64,000 nt of DNA from Alphaproteobacteria bacterium. GTDB taxonomy: Bacteria; Pseudomonadota; Alphaproteobacteria; UBA828. Positions 28,567 to 39,274 of the stretch are shown here, in pieces (position 1 is the stretch's first letter; every line of letters starts with the position of its first letter). A program made the position numbers and the translations under genes. The notes beneath the pieces were generated by a model. That model searched no databases and was not told the DNA's origin. It saw only the letters and a program-made list of their open reading frames with translations. The stretch spans positions 32,001 through 96,000 of the forward strand of contig CAXXVO010000013.1 in assembly GCA_963422645.2 (NCBI GenBank), in the 5' to 3' direction.

Positions 28567-30039
28567 GACGGATCTCCCTGATCGTCGTCCTCGCCCGGAC
28601 CGGGCGTCTTGTTATGGGGTACCCAGGCCGGCGGCAGGCCTGTTGCGGCCTGGGCGTCGAGCACGCCCTTGAGCAGCGGCGGAAGTTCGCCGACGCCCGC
28701 GCTGGCGCCGCCATGGTCGCTGCCGGGTCTCGCAGGACGGCGGACGCCATCGGCGTTGCCGCGCTTGTCGAGGGGGTACAGCGTGCACAGCCGCTCGCCG
28801 CTTCGGCCTTCCACCAGATCGACGCCGCTGAGGTCCCAGCGCGCATAGCGGACCCAGAGCGTCCTCAGGTGGCGCCACGGCTGTGGCACCTGGTAGCGGA
28901 TGCCCCTCGACCGAGACGGTGCCGTCCGAGCGCCTGAGCGTGCGCTTCCTGGCGATGCGGAAGGCCGCCTTGAGCTCGTCCGAGGCGGGGCAGGGCCTCG
29001 ATGCCTTGACGCTCCCGGCGAGGCGTTCATGCGGCGTCATGCCGAGCTCGCGGTGCACCCGCCGATGGTAGTCCTGCTCCAGCCAGGCTATGGTGGCGTC
29101 GTTGAGCATCTTCAGGGTGAGCGCGTCGACGCCTTCGAGCTGAGCCATCAGGCGGCCCTCGACCGTGCCCCAGAACGACTCGATTTTTCCATTTTGATGG
29201 GGGCTGTAAGCGAGTGTCGTGGCCCCCACGATGCCGAGGCGGTGCAAGCCCTCCTCGACCTCGCCCGCCGTCATCGGCCCGCCGTTGTCGGTCAGCAGGG
29301 ACCTGGGCAAGTCCCTCTTCATGAAGGCCTGACAGAGCCCGTGGACGAAGACCTCGGCGGTCTCCTCCAGGTACCACTGCAGGTGGCAGCCAAGCCTGGA
29401 GTGGTCGTCGAGGAAGCCGAGCAGGATGGGCGTCTGCCATTCGCCCGACGCCGTCAGCACGCGGCGCTTGCCGTGGTGGAAGTCCCCGTGCCACAGCGCG
29501 TGACTGCGAGACACCTCGTAGCTAAGGACCTCGCGGGCTTCGACCGCCGGCTTGTCCTCACCCTCGTGCCACTTCCTGGGGCGCTCGCGCACCAGGCCGC
29601 GATTGCGCATCGCCCGCGTCAGCGTCGCGTAGGACGGCATCGGGCCGAGCTCGGGATGGGTCGCAACATGAGCCTTGAGGGTCTCGTAGTGGAGCTGCGC
29701 CGCCCACGAGGGATGGACCCGGTACTGCTCGCGCAGCGCCGCGATCAGCCCCGCCGACATGGACCGCTCGCGGCCGACGTCGGTCCGAGGCTTCCGGCGC
29801 AGCGCCTTGACCGGGTCCTGCTCCTCTGCCCGCGCCCGGTAGTACCAGCGCTCGATCGTCGAGGCCGCAAAGCGCACCGGCCCCTTGCCCGACGGGTGCT
29901 CCCAGTCGCGCTGCGACAGACGCTCGAACTCGGCCCCCAGCTGGCCTGCAGGCGGCGGTGAAGCCAGAAGCGGCCCCACCACCGCAAAGCGCAGCCGGGC
30001 CCACTTCTCGCGCCTGGCGCCTGCGTCGTCCTTGTCCAT
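28563..30039 (-). pseudogene. DDE (rve) transposase with Mu-transposase-like C-terminus; +1 frameshift at 28903-28906
   Basis: WHGDFHH, LDDHSR, LTDNGG, QNGKIESFW; frame switches DGTVSVEG to IRYQVP..VRYARWDLS at a G4 run; may be intact if this is a sequencing error. Confidence 0.85.
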
Positions 30040-30088
30040 TCCGGCATCCCTCCCTCGCCGCATCGGAGAGATGCCCATGTAGAACGCC

Positions 30089-30505
30089 CTATCCGGGCGT
30101 GACAGGAACACTTTCTGCGGGCGGCGCCGAGCCATCGCCGAGCCCGCAATAGCCCGTCCACGGCTTGAACCAGATCAGGCTCAGGAACAGACGCTCACCG
30201 AAGCGTCCGCCCCGCATCTGCCGCAGCACGAAGAGCAGCGGCACCTCCTCGGGTGGCATCACCAGTTCGCCACGCTTCGCTCCCCAGGGCTCCGTCGCCG
30301 GGAACGCCTCCAGCCACCACTTCCGCCAGCGGCGCAGTGTGGCGACCGAGACCCCCCACTTCCGCTTGATCGTCTGCAACCGCACCCCGCCTCTCAGAAC
30401 CAGTGCACTCAACAGAACGAACAGGGCGCCCAGATAAAAGCGGCGCCCGAAGAATCGTACCGATGGTGGGGTCGCTCGCAGGCGGCAATCCGCGCAGCAG
30501 AAGCT
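30089..30505 (-). pseudogene. 5'-truncated Cys-rich/HTH accessory gene upstream of the transposase
   Basis: Extending ORF 30089-30412 upstream gives SFCCADCRLRATPPSVRFFGRRFYLG...VATLRRWRKWW, then a stop at 30506-30508; no start codon for the N-terminal part. Confidence 0.6.
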
Positions 30506-30507
30506 TC

Positions 30508-30843
30508 ATGCTCCAGGCCCTGCTCCCGCCCGCGCTGGAGGCGCTCACCTGGCGATGCACCGTCGCGGCAGAGCCCTGCGGACGCTGCCCCCGATGCCGC
30601 CTCAACGCCTTCTTCGAGCGCTTCTGCCGGGGACGCCCGGCGGACCAGGTCGCCCGCATCGACGACGCCCTCGAACGACACCGCGGCGCAGGCCGATGGT
30701 ACGCCGACGCCGACCCCGGAAGATGGACCGATCACGACGGATACGACGCCGCAGAACGCGCCGTCGAAGACCCCGAATGGTGGAAGGCCGAACTCGAACG
30801 CCCGTGCCGCCCCGGCGCCCGCCCCGGTCCCGACCGCGCCTGA
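30508..30843 (+). CDS. Hypothetical 111-aa protein with CxxCxxC, possibly a gene remnant of the outer element
   Basis: MLQALLPP...CGRCPRC...WWKAELE; starts exactly at the junction with the inner element. Confidence 0.35.
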   Translation: MLQALLPPALEALTWRCTVAAEPCGRCPRCRLNAFFERFCRGRPADQVARIDDALERHRGAGRWYADADPGRWTDHDGYDAAERAVEDPEWWKAELERPCRPGARPGPDRA

Positions 30844-30963
30844 AACCCCCACGCACCGCCCGTGCACGGGCCCCGAAACCCCCGCGCAGCGCTCCTTCAT
30901 GGCCCATGCACAGGCCGGTTTTTCCAGCCCGGTTCAGCCCCGAAAACCAGCCGATTTTCCAGG

Positions 30964-31015
30964 CCATTCGCAAAGACTTCCGGCCGCGATTCGCAAAGAC
31001 TTTCGTCCGGCTACA
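30964..31015 (-). repeat. Right end: two tandem putative transposase sites plus terminal ACA
   Basis: TTCGCAAAGACTT at 30967 and 30990 (23-bp period), ending CTACA at 31015. Confidence 0.8.
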
Positions 31016-31230
31016 ATGGTGACCCTCTCGCCCCGAATGTGGATCTCGCCACTATCCATGCGGTAGGCGCCGGCGAGAATTTTGATAAGCGTGGATTTGC
31101 CGGCGCCGTTGTGGCCGACGACGCCGAGCACTTCGCCGCCCGCGACCGCGACGGAAACATCCTCGACCGCGTGGGTGCCGCCGAAGCTCTTGTAGATGTT
31201 GCGCATCTCGACCAGGGGCGGCGTGGTCAT
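31016..31230 (-). pseudogene. Sugar ABC ATP-binding protein, 5' fragment cut by the element
   Basis: [34 protein letters not shown] then enters the element end; paralog of 9276-10052. Confidence 0.85.
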
Positions 31231-31339
31231 CGCATCCCTCGGTGGATAGGGCGGGCGGTAGTCAGGCAGGGATTCTCGGGCGCGCGCCCGCGCCGGTCAA
31301 GCGCCCGCCCTTCGTCACTGCAGGGGGCTTCCGCCCGGC

Positions 31340-31834
31340 TCACTGCGCTGCGGCGCTTTCCTTGAAATGCGCGATGGCCTCCGCCAGCTCCTCGCTCTCT
31401 TCACAGGAGGCGCAGATGTCCTGCAGGGTCGCGAGGTGCGCCTCGGCCTTGGCCAGATCGCCGACCATCAGGTAGGCCTCGCCGATGTACTCATGAGCGC
31501 CGAGGTGCTTTGGATCGAGGTCAAGCGCCCGCGCGTAGTTCTCGAAGGCATCGTCAAGCCGGTCGAGATGACGATAGCTGTAGGCGAGCAGGTTGAAGAC
31601 ATCCGCGTTGCGCGGGTTGGAGGCGGCCGCGCGCTCGAGCAAGGCCGCGGCGCGCTCCCAGTCGCCGGCTTCGATCGCCTGCTTGCCGCGCTCGATATTG
31701 CGCTGGTCGGCCTGGGTGGTTGCGCTGCTCGTGCTGCTGGAGCTTCCCGCAGCCATGGCGTCCGACGCGGGAAGCACGGCCACGGCACCGCCGAGCAGCA
31801 GGATGGCGGCGAAGACCCTCACGTATATCGTCAT
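31340..31834 (-). CDS. Secreted TPR protein
   Basis: Signal peptide; NADVFNLLAYSYR, HLGAHEYIGEAYL. Confidence 0.8.
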   Translation of the reverse strand: MTIYVRVFAAILLLGGAVAVLPASDAMAAGSSSSTSSATTQADQRNIERGKQAIEAGDWERAAALLERAAASNPRNADVFNLLAYSYRHLDRLDDAFENYARALDLDPKHLGAHEYIGEAYLMVGDLAKAEAHLATLQDICASCEESEELAEAIAHFKESAAAQ

Positions 31835-31895
31835 GTCGCACCTCCGGGGCTGAACTGCGTCCAAGTCCTCGCCGGGCCCGACCGCGCCGCCGGGG

Positions 31896-33416
<1,521 letters not shown>

Positions 33417-34197
33417 TCAGAGAGGCGGAAGGCTCGCGATGAGGCCTTCGTCCGCGACCAGAACGGCGCCGTAGAACGCAGCCGAATCGGCGGTGCAGAG
33501 GAAGAGCGCGGTGTTGGCGATGTCCTCGGGCTCGGCGAAGGCGCGGCCGCTCGGGTTGAGCGTCTCGAAGAGCCGGACCACCTCCTCGTTCTCCGGCTCG
33601 CGCATCCAGGCATTCATCGGCGTGCGCACGTTGCCCGGCGCGATCGCGTTGACGTGGATTCCCTGGCCGGCGAGCTCGGTGCCGAGCGAGCGGGTGAGCA
33701 GGATCACGCCCCCCCTTGCTCGCGGCGTAGGCCGAAGACTGCGCGAGTCCGATGACTCCCGCCACCGAGGCGATGTTGACGATGTGGCCGCCGCCGGCAT
33801 CGACCATGCCGGGCACCACGGCCTGGCAAACGTAGTAGGTGCCCTTCAGGTTGGTGTCGATGATGCGGTCGAAGACGGCGGGATCGCTCTCCGTCACCGG
33901 GTTCGCGTGCCAGATGCCGGCGGCGTTGACCGCGATGTCGACCGGACCGATCTCCTGCGCCGCACGGGCGGCGGCAGCATCCACTGCCGCCGCATCGCTC
34001 ACGTCGGTGACGAGGCTGAGGGCGCGGCCCCCCGCATCGCCAACCTCCTCGACGACCGCTTCCAGCACCGACGCGTCCGCCTTGTCGAGCAGCGCGACCC
34101 CCGCGCCCTCCTTGGCAAAGCGAAGCGCAACGGCACGGCCGATGCCTGAGCCCGCGCCCGTCACCAGAGCCGCACGTCCCTCGAGCCTCACCGCCAA
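33417..34197 (-). pseudogene. SDR oxidoreductase with +1 frameshift at the C7 run 33709-33715
   Basis: TGAGSGIG, NAAG, YAASKGG then VILLTRSLG..VNAIAPG in the next frame; probably a sequencing error. Confidence 0.8.
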
Positions 34198-34260
34198 CTC
34201 CCGCGTTCTATTCGGTATCGAAGCCTAGTCGTGCGGCAGTCCGGCGCACAACCGGGCGCG

Positions 34261-34289
34261 TGGACGGTCATTGGTAGGGCGCCTATAGT
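34261..34289 (+). promoter_or_regulatory. Putative sigma70 promoter of the Liv-type operon
   Basis: TGGACG-N17-TATAGT, 74 bp before the ATG at 34363. Confidence 0.5.
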
Positions 34290-34362
34290 GAGATCCTCGG
34301 CGCTCGGCAAACAACAAGCGAAGGCCCGATTGCGTCCGGTTCAGAATGGGAGGAAATGAACG

Positions 34363-35592
34363 ATGCTAGGGAGATTCTTTGCTCTTCTGGCGCTTGGCGC
34401 ATTGGTGGCTGCGCCCTTGGCCCATCAACAGCAGGCCAAAGCGGACGACCACGAGGTGGTGATCGGCTTCGCGATTGCGCTCAGCGGCTGGATGAACCAG
34501 TACGACGGCCCGCCCTATCAGGGCTCGCTGATGGCGATCGAGGAGATCAACGCCGAGGGCGGCATCCTCGGCAAGCAGATCCGCGCCGTGGTCGCCGACA
34601 CCAAGACCGACACGGTGCAGGGTGCCAAGGCCGGCGCCGACGTGGTCGCGCAAGGGGCGCAGTTCATGGTCGTCTCCTGCGACTACGACATGGGGGCGCC
34701 TGCCGCCACGGTCGCCAACAGCAACAACATGATCTCGATCTCGTCGTGTGCCTCGGACGCCAAGATGGGCGTGCAGGGCATCGGGCCCTACGCCTTCACG
34801 CTTAACACCTACGGTCAGGGCGAAGGCGCGGGCATGGCCAAGTACGCCTTCCACGACAGGGGCTGGCGCAATGCCTATCTGCTCCTCGATGCTTCGATCG
34901 AGTACGACAAGAGCATCTGCCACGGCTTCATGGAGCAGTGGAAGGACTACGGCGGCACGGTGATCGGCGTCGACAGTTACATGCAGGAGGACGCCTCCAT
35001 CGCCTCGCAGATCACCCGCTACAAGGAGCTGGCGGCGGACCGCGGCGAGCCTGAATTCCTCTATCTCTGCTCCTACGGCGGCGGCGCGGTGAGCGCCATC
35101 CGTCAGATCCGCGCGGCAGGCATCGACGTGCCCATCGGCGGCGGCGATTCGATGGACGGCGACTACTGGTCCGAGGCGGTCCCCGGCTTGAGCGATCACT
35201 ACGCGTCGTCCTTCGGCTCGATCTGGGGCGACGATCCCCGGCCGGAGGTCAACGAGTTCTTCGACCGCTATCGGGAAAACTACGGTGAGCCCGAGACCTC
35301 GTTCCCGCTCAACGGCTACAGCGTGATCCAGGCGATCAAGGTCGCGGCCGAGCGGGCTGGCTCTCTCGATTCGGATGCCGTGCTGGCGGAGATGAACAAG
35401 TTCGACAAGGAGCCGTTGCTCTGGGGTCCGACCACCTATACGGCCGACACCCACATCGACCTGACCCACGTGCTCACCGTCATCCAGATCCAGGACGGCA
35501 AGGGCAGCTACGCTGGCCAGGGCGGAGCCGAGAACCCACCGGCGCTGCAGCTCATCTTCCCGGACTTCACCGAAGACCTTTACGAGAACTAG
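34363..35592 (+). CDS. Branched-chain amino acid-type ABC substrate-binding protein
   Basis: Signal peptide; AIEEINAEGGILG, AAERAGSLD. Confidence 0.88.
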   Translation: MLGRFFALLALGALVAAPLAHQQQAKADDHEVVIGFAIALSGWMNQYDGPPYQGSLMAIEEINAEGGILGKQIRAVVADTKTDTVQGAKAGADVVAQGAQFMVVSCDYDMGAPAATVANSNNMISISSCASDAKMGVQGIGPYAFTLNTYGQGEGAGMAKYAFHDRGWRNAYLLLDASIEYDKSICHGFMEQWKDYGGTVIGVDSYMQEDASIASQITRYKELAADRGEPEFLYLCSYGGGAVSAIRQIRAAGIDVPIGGGDSMDGDYWSEAVPGLSDHYASSFGSIWGDDPRPEVNEFFDRYRENYGEPETSFPLNGYSVIQAIKVAAERAGSLDSDAVLAEMNKFDKEPLLWGPTTYTADTHIDLTHVLTVIQIQDGKGSYAGQGGAENPPALQLIFPDFTEDLYEN

Positions 35593-35600
35593 TCATCATC

Positions 35601-35643
35601 GTGCCAGGGCCGGTCCGCCGCGAGGCGGGCCGGCCCTTGGCAC
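35601..35643 (+). terminator. Intercistronic stem-loop after the binding-protein gene
   Basis: GTGCCAGGGCCGGTCCGCC-GCGA-GGCGGGCCGGCCCTTGGCAC; long stem with GNRA loop and no U tract, so more likely a stabiliser or attenuator. Confidence 0.5.
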
Positions 35644-35670
35644 GGTCGTTGTTCTCTTCCAGGGGCGGTC

Positions 35671-36585
35671 GTGACCGGACTGGTCCAGAACGCCATCGAC
35701 GCGCTCGCGCTGGGCAGCCTCTACGCGCTGACGGCGCTGGGTATCGGGCTGATCTTCGGCGTCATGCGGCTGATCAACTTCGCCCATGGCGACCTCATCA
35801 TGATCGGCGGCTACGCCCTGATCGTGCCCTCGAGCGCCGCCGCCGCCGTCGCCTTCATCGGCGCGTGGCCCGCCCCGCTCCTTGTCGGCGCCATCGTCCT
35901 GATCGTCATGCTCTTTGCACTCGCTTGCGAACGGCTGGCCTTCCGGCCCCTTCGCCGCGCCAACCCCTCTGTGTTGCTGATTACCTCGTTTGCGCTCAGC
36001 TTCTTCCTCGAGCATCTGGTGGTGATGATCTACGGCGGGCGGGTGAAGGCGGTGAGCATCTGGCCCGAGTTGCTCGAAGCGCTGCCCATCAGCGGCGTGC
36101 GCATCCCCTACCTGCAGATTATCACCATCGGGGTGACGATCGGGCTGCTGGTGCTTCTGGTGGTCTTTCTCAAGCGGACCCCCATGGGCATCCAGATGCG
36201 GGCGGCGTCCGAGGATTTTTCCACGGCGCGGCTGCTCGGCGTCCGCGCCAACCGGGTGATCGCCGTCGCCTTCGCCATCAGCGGGATGCTCGCCGCGGTG
36301 GTCTCGCTGCTCTACGTCTCGCAGGTGGGCGCGCTCACCTACAGCATGGGGATCCCGCTGGTGCTCTTCGCCTTCGTCGCCACCGTGGTGGGTGGCATGG
36401 GGAGCCTCACCGGCGCGGTGCTCGGAGGCTTCGTGGTCGGCATCGCGAGCGTGGTCCTGCAGGTGGCACTCCCGGTGGCGATGCGACCCGACCGCGACGT
36501 CTTCGTCTATGGGCTGATCCTGCTGATCCTGCTTCTGAGACCCTCCGGCCTGGTCAAGGTGAAGTCGATCGAGGAGAAGGTCTGA
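35671..36585 (+). CDS. LivH-like ABC permease
   Basis: LIFGVMRLINFAHG, VGGMGS, LRPSGL. Confidence 0.9.
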   Translation: MTGLVQNAIDALALGSLYALTALGIGLIFGVMRLINFAHGDLIMIGGYALIVPSSAAAAVAFIGAWPAPLLVGAIVLIVMLFALACERLAFRPLRRANPSVLLITSFALSFFLEHLVVMIYGGRVKAVSIWPELLEALPISGVRIPYLQIITIGVTIGLLVLLVVFLKRTPMGIQMRAASEDFSTARLLGVRANRVIAVAFAISGMLAAVVSLLYVSQVGALTYSMGIPLVLFAFVATVVGGMGSLTGAVLGGFVVGIASVVLQVALPVAMRPDRDVFVYGLILLILLLRPSGLVKVKSIEEKV

Positions 36586-36586
36586 G

Positions 36587-37720
36587 ATGGCCGGGCCGGG
36601 CCAAGGCGATTTGATTCGGCGACTGCCCATCGTGGGCCTGCGCGTCTTCTGGACGCCGATCGTGCTCTCCCTCGGCATGCTCGTCATCGCGCTCGCGGTG
36701 TGGGCGACCGGCGACGCGGTGCTGGCGCTCGCGGTGACCGCCGCGCTGATCCGCGCGGTCATGGTGATCGGGCTCTACATCTTCATCGGCAACTCGGGCG
36801 TGCTGGCCTTCGGCCACGCCACCTTCATGATGGTGGGCGCCTACGGGGTGGCGTGGCTCACGCTTCGCCCCTTCAACAAGAGTTTTGCGCTGCAGCTGCC
36901 GGAGTTCCTGGCGGCGCACCAGTATCCAATGCTGCCGTCGGCGATTGCGGCGGCGTTGCTCGCCGCCATTGTCGCCTTCGTCGTCGGCATCCCGATCATG
37001 CGGCTCTCGGGCATCGCTGCGGCCATCGCGACGCTCGCCGTGCTCGGCATGTTCAAGACCTTCTATTCCAACTGGAGCGAATGGACGCTGGGTGCGGCGA
37101 CCATGCCGGGCATCCCGATCTACGTCGACATGTGGATCGCGCTCGCCTGGGTCGTGGTGGCGCTCTTCGCCGCCTACATCTACCAGCGCTCGCGTTACGG
37201 GCTCGCGCTCCGGGCCTCGCGGGAGGACGAGTTCGCAGCCCGTGCAGCCGGCATCAACATCCCGCGCCAGCGCCTCGTCGCCTTCGTGTTGAGCGCCTTC
37301 TTCATGGGCATCGGGGGCGTGCTGGAGGCGCACTATCTCGGCACCATCGCGGTCAAGAATTTTTGGCTCACCATCACCTTCATTCTGCTCGCCATGCTGA
37401 TTGTGGGCGGCCAGCGCAGCCTGACCGGCGCATTGGTGGGCGTGGTGGTGATCTCGACCCTGATCGAGATTCTGAACTCCCTCGAAGCCGGCATGAACGT
37501 GGGCGTCACCGTGCTCTCGGTGCCGATCGGAGCCCAAGAACTCACCATCTCTGGCCTCATGATCATCATCCTGGTGTTCCGCCCCGACGGGATCATGGCC
37601 GGGCGCGAGGTGCCGTGGCCCTTCGGCAAGGCCGGTCGCGTCGTGCGGGATCCGGGCGCGGCCGAGAGCGAGCACGACCCCCTGCGCCGGGGCCTCGCGC
37701 AGCGGGACGGCGCACCATGA
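36587..37720 (+). CDS. LivM-like ABC permease
   Basis: GVLAFGHA, RASREDEFAARAAGI, FRPDGI. Confidence 0.88.
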   Translation: MAGPGQGDLIRRLPIVGLRVFWTPIVLSLGMLVIALAVWATGDAVLALAVTAALIRAVMVIGLYIFIGNSGVLAFGHATFMMVGAYGVAWLTLRPFNKSFALQLPEFLAAHQYPMLPSAIAAALLAAIVAFVVGIPIMRLSGIAAAIATLAVLGMFKTFYSNWSEWTLGAATMPGIPIYVDMWIALAWVVVALFAAYIYQRSRYGLALRASREDEFAARAAGINIPRQRLVAFVLSAFFMGIGGVLEAHYLGTIAVKNFWLTITFILLAMLIVGGQRSLTGALVGVVVISTLIEILNSLEAGMNVGVTVLSVPIGAQELTISGLMIIILVFRPDGIMAGREVPWPFGKAGRVVRDPGAAESEHDPLRRGLAQRDGAP

Positions 37721-38526
37721 TGGATCGGCTCGCCCGCAGGCTGCTGCCCGCGCGGCCCGACGCGACGGCTCTCGCCATCGCCGGCACGCCTGAGGACACG
37801 CTGGAGGCCTTCGACGTGACCGTCCACTTAGAGGGGCTCGCGGCTGTCGACGGGGTCTCGATCTCGATGAGGCACGGCGAGGTCTTTGGCCTGATCGGCC
37901 CGAACGGCGCCGGCAAGACCACGCTGGTCAACGTGCTCACCGGCTTCCAGCGCCCGACCCGCGGGCGGGTCGTCCTGGGCGGCGAGGACGTGACCGGGCT
38001 TTCCGCGCACGAGCTGGGCCGCCGTGGCCTCGCCCGCACCTTCCAGGCGGTGCGGCTCTTCCGCGACATGCCGGTGATCGAGAACCTGGAGGTCGCGGCG
38101 GTGGGTACCGGGCTCGGCCGCCGCGAGGCCGCGCGCCGTGCCTCCCGCATTCTCGCCTGGATGAAGTTCGCGCACAGGGCGGACGACTGGGCGGACACGC
38201 TGCCCTACGGCGACGAGCGCCGGGTCGGCATCGGCCGCGCGCTCGCCATGGCGCCCCGCTTCGTGCTGCTGGACGAGCCGGCGGCGGGCCTGAGCGACGC
38301 CGAGTGCGACGAGCTCATGGGGCTGATCGCAGAGATCCCGGAGGTCTTCGGCTGCGGGGTGCTGCTGATCGAGCACAACATGCGCGTAATCATGGGGGCC
38401 TGCGATCGCATCCACGTGATCGAGAGCGGGCGCACGGTCGCCGAAGGGCCGCCGGAGGAGATCCAAGCGAACCCCGACGTGCTCCGCGCCTATCTGGGGA
38501 CCAAGTCGGTCGATGCTGGAAGTTGA
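37717..38526 (+). CDS. LivG-like ABC ATP-binding protein
   Basis: GPNGAGKTT, ARTFQ, LLDEPAAG, IEHNM; ATG at 37717 overlaps the LivM stop. Confidence 0.9.
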   Translation: MMDRLARRLLPARPDATALAIAGTPEDTLEAFDVTVHLEGLAAVDGVSISMRHGEVFGLIGPNGAGKTTLVNVLTGFQRPTRGRVVLGGEDVTGLSAHELGRRGLARTFQAVRLFRDMPVIENLEVAAVGTGLGRREAARRASRILAWMKFAHRADDWADTLPYGDERRVGIGRALAMAPRFVLLDEPAAGLSDAECDELMGLIAEIPEVFGCGVLLIEHNMRVIMGACDRIHVIESGRTVAEGPPEEIQANPDVLRAYLGTKSVDAGS

Positions 38527-39254
38527 GGACCTGCACGTCCGCTACCGGCGGCTCCGCGCGGTGCGCGGCGTCTCGCTCACGGTCGGCGAAGGCGAAATGG
38601 TGTGTCTGGTGGGCCCCAACGGCGCCGGCAAGTCGAGCACGCTGCGCAGCATCGCGGGCCTGCACCCGCCGGCCGAGGGCGACATCAGGCTGGCCGGCCG
38701 CTCGGTCACGGGTCTTGCGCCGGAGACCATCGCGCGCCTGGGGCTTTCCATGGTGCCGGAGGGACGCCACGTCTTCACCCAGCTCACGGTGGAGGAGAAC
38801 ATCCTGCTGGGCAGCCAGATGCGGCGCGACCGCAAGCAGGTGCGGGCCGACTTCGAGCGCATGCTGGAAAGCTTCCCCTTCCTGCGCGGGCGCCTTGCCA
38901 CCCCCCGGCGGCAAGCTCTCCGGCGGCGAGCAGCAGCAGCTGGTCATCGCCCGCGCGCTGATGACGCGGCCCCGGCTGATCCTGCTCGATGAGCCCTCCC
39001 TCGGCCTCGCGCCCATGGTGGTGGACACCGTCTACGAGATCCTCAAGGGGCTGCGGGACGAGGGCATCACGCTGCTGGTGGTCGAACAGAGCACCCACCG
39101 GGCGCTGGAGAACGGCGATCGCATCTACATCATCCGCTCGGGCCAGATCGAGCTCGAAGGCGAGTGCAGCGCGCTCACCGACGAGCGCGTCGAGCAGGCC
39201 TACTTCGGCTTCGACCAGACGGAAGCCGAAGCCGACCACCGAACCCGATTCTGA
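38513..39254 (+). pseudogene. LivF-like ABC ATP-binding protein with +1 frameshift at the C6 run 38901-38906
   Basis: GPNGAGKSS, VPEGR in one frame; LSGGEQQ, LDEPSLGLAP in the next; probably a sequencing error. Confidence 0.85.
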
Positions 39255-39274
39255 GCGGCGTCGTGGCGTTACCG

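Larger units (their letters stand above)
25665..30505 (-). mobile_element. Inner DDE/ExeA-type transposon with primase-helicase cargo; one end lost
   Basis: Starts TGTGAGCG where MuF homology breaks, followed by TTGAT-core repeats at 25683, 25707 and 25732; co-oriented transposase, ATPase, helicase and primase genes. Confidence 0.7.
24507..31015. mobile_element. Composite Mu/Tn7-like element with 29-bp imperfect terminal inverted repeats
   Basis: Left TGTAGACGGACGAAAGTCGTTGTGAATCG vs right (reverse complement) TGTAGCCGGACGAAAGTCTTTGCGAATCG, 26/29 identical; both ends coincide with host gene truncations. Confidence 0.85.

Noticed and set aside
26738-28846. 702-aa ORF suggesting a large fusion helicase
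   Set aside because: The N-terminal 370 codons overlap ExeA and the transposase in another frame; the real gene most likely starts at GTG 27736
28895-28915. Programmed ribosomal frameshift in the transposase
   Set aside because: No A6G or X-XXY-YYZ slippery site; same +1 homopolymer pattern as in two unrelated genes
30541-30549. GCGCTCACC as the missing second end of the inner transposon
   Set aside because: Only 7 bp match, ends in CC rather than CA, no adjacent TTGAT repeats, and a similar word occurs inside a gene at about 30191
24502-31020. Target site duplication around the outer element
   Set aside because: Flanks GTGAT and ATGGT differ and belong to different genes
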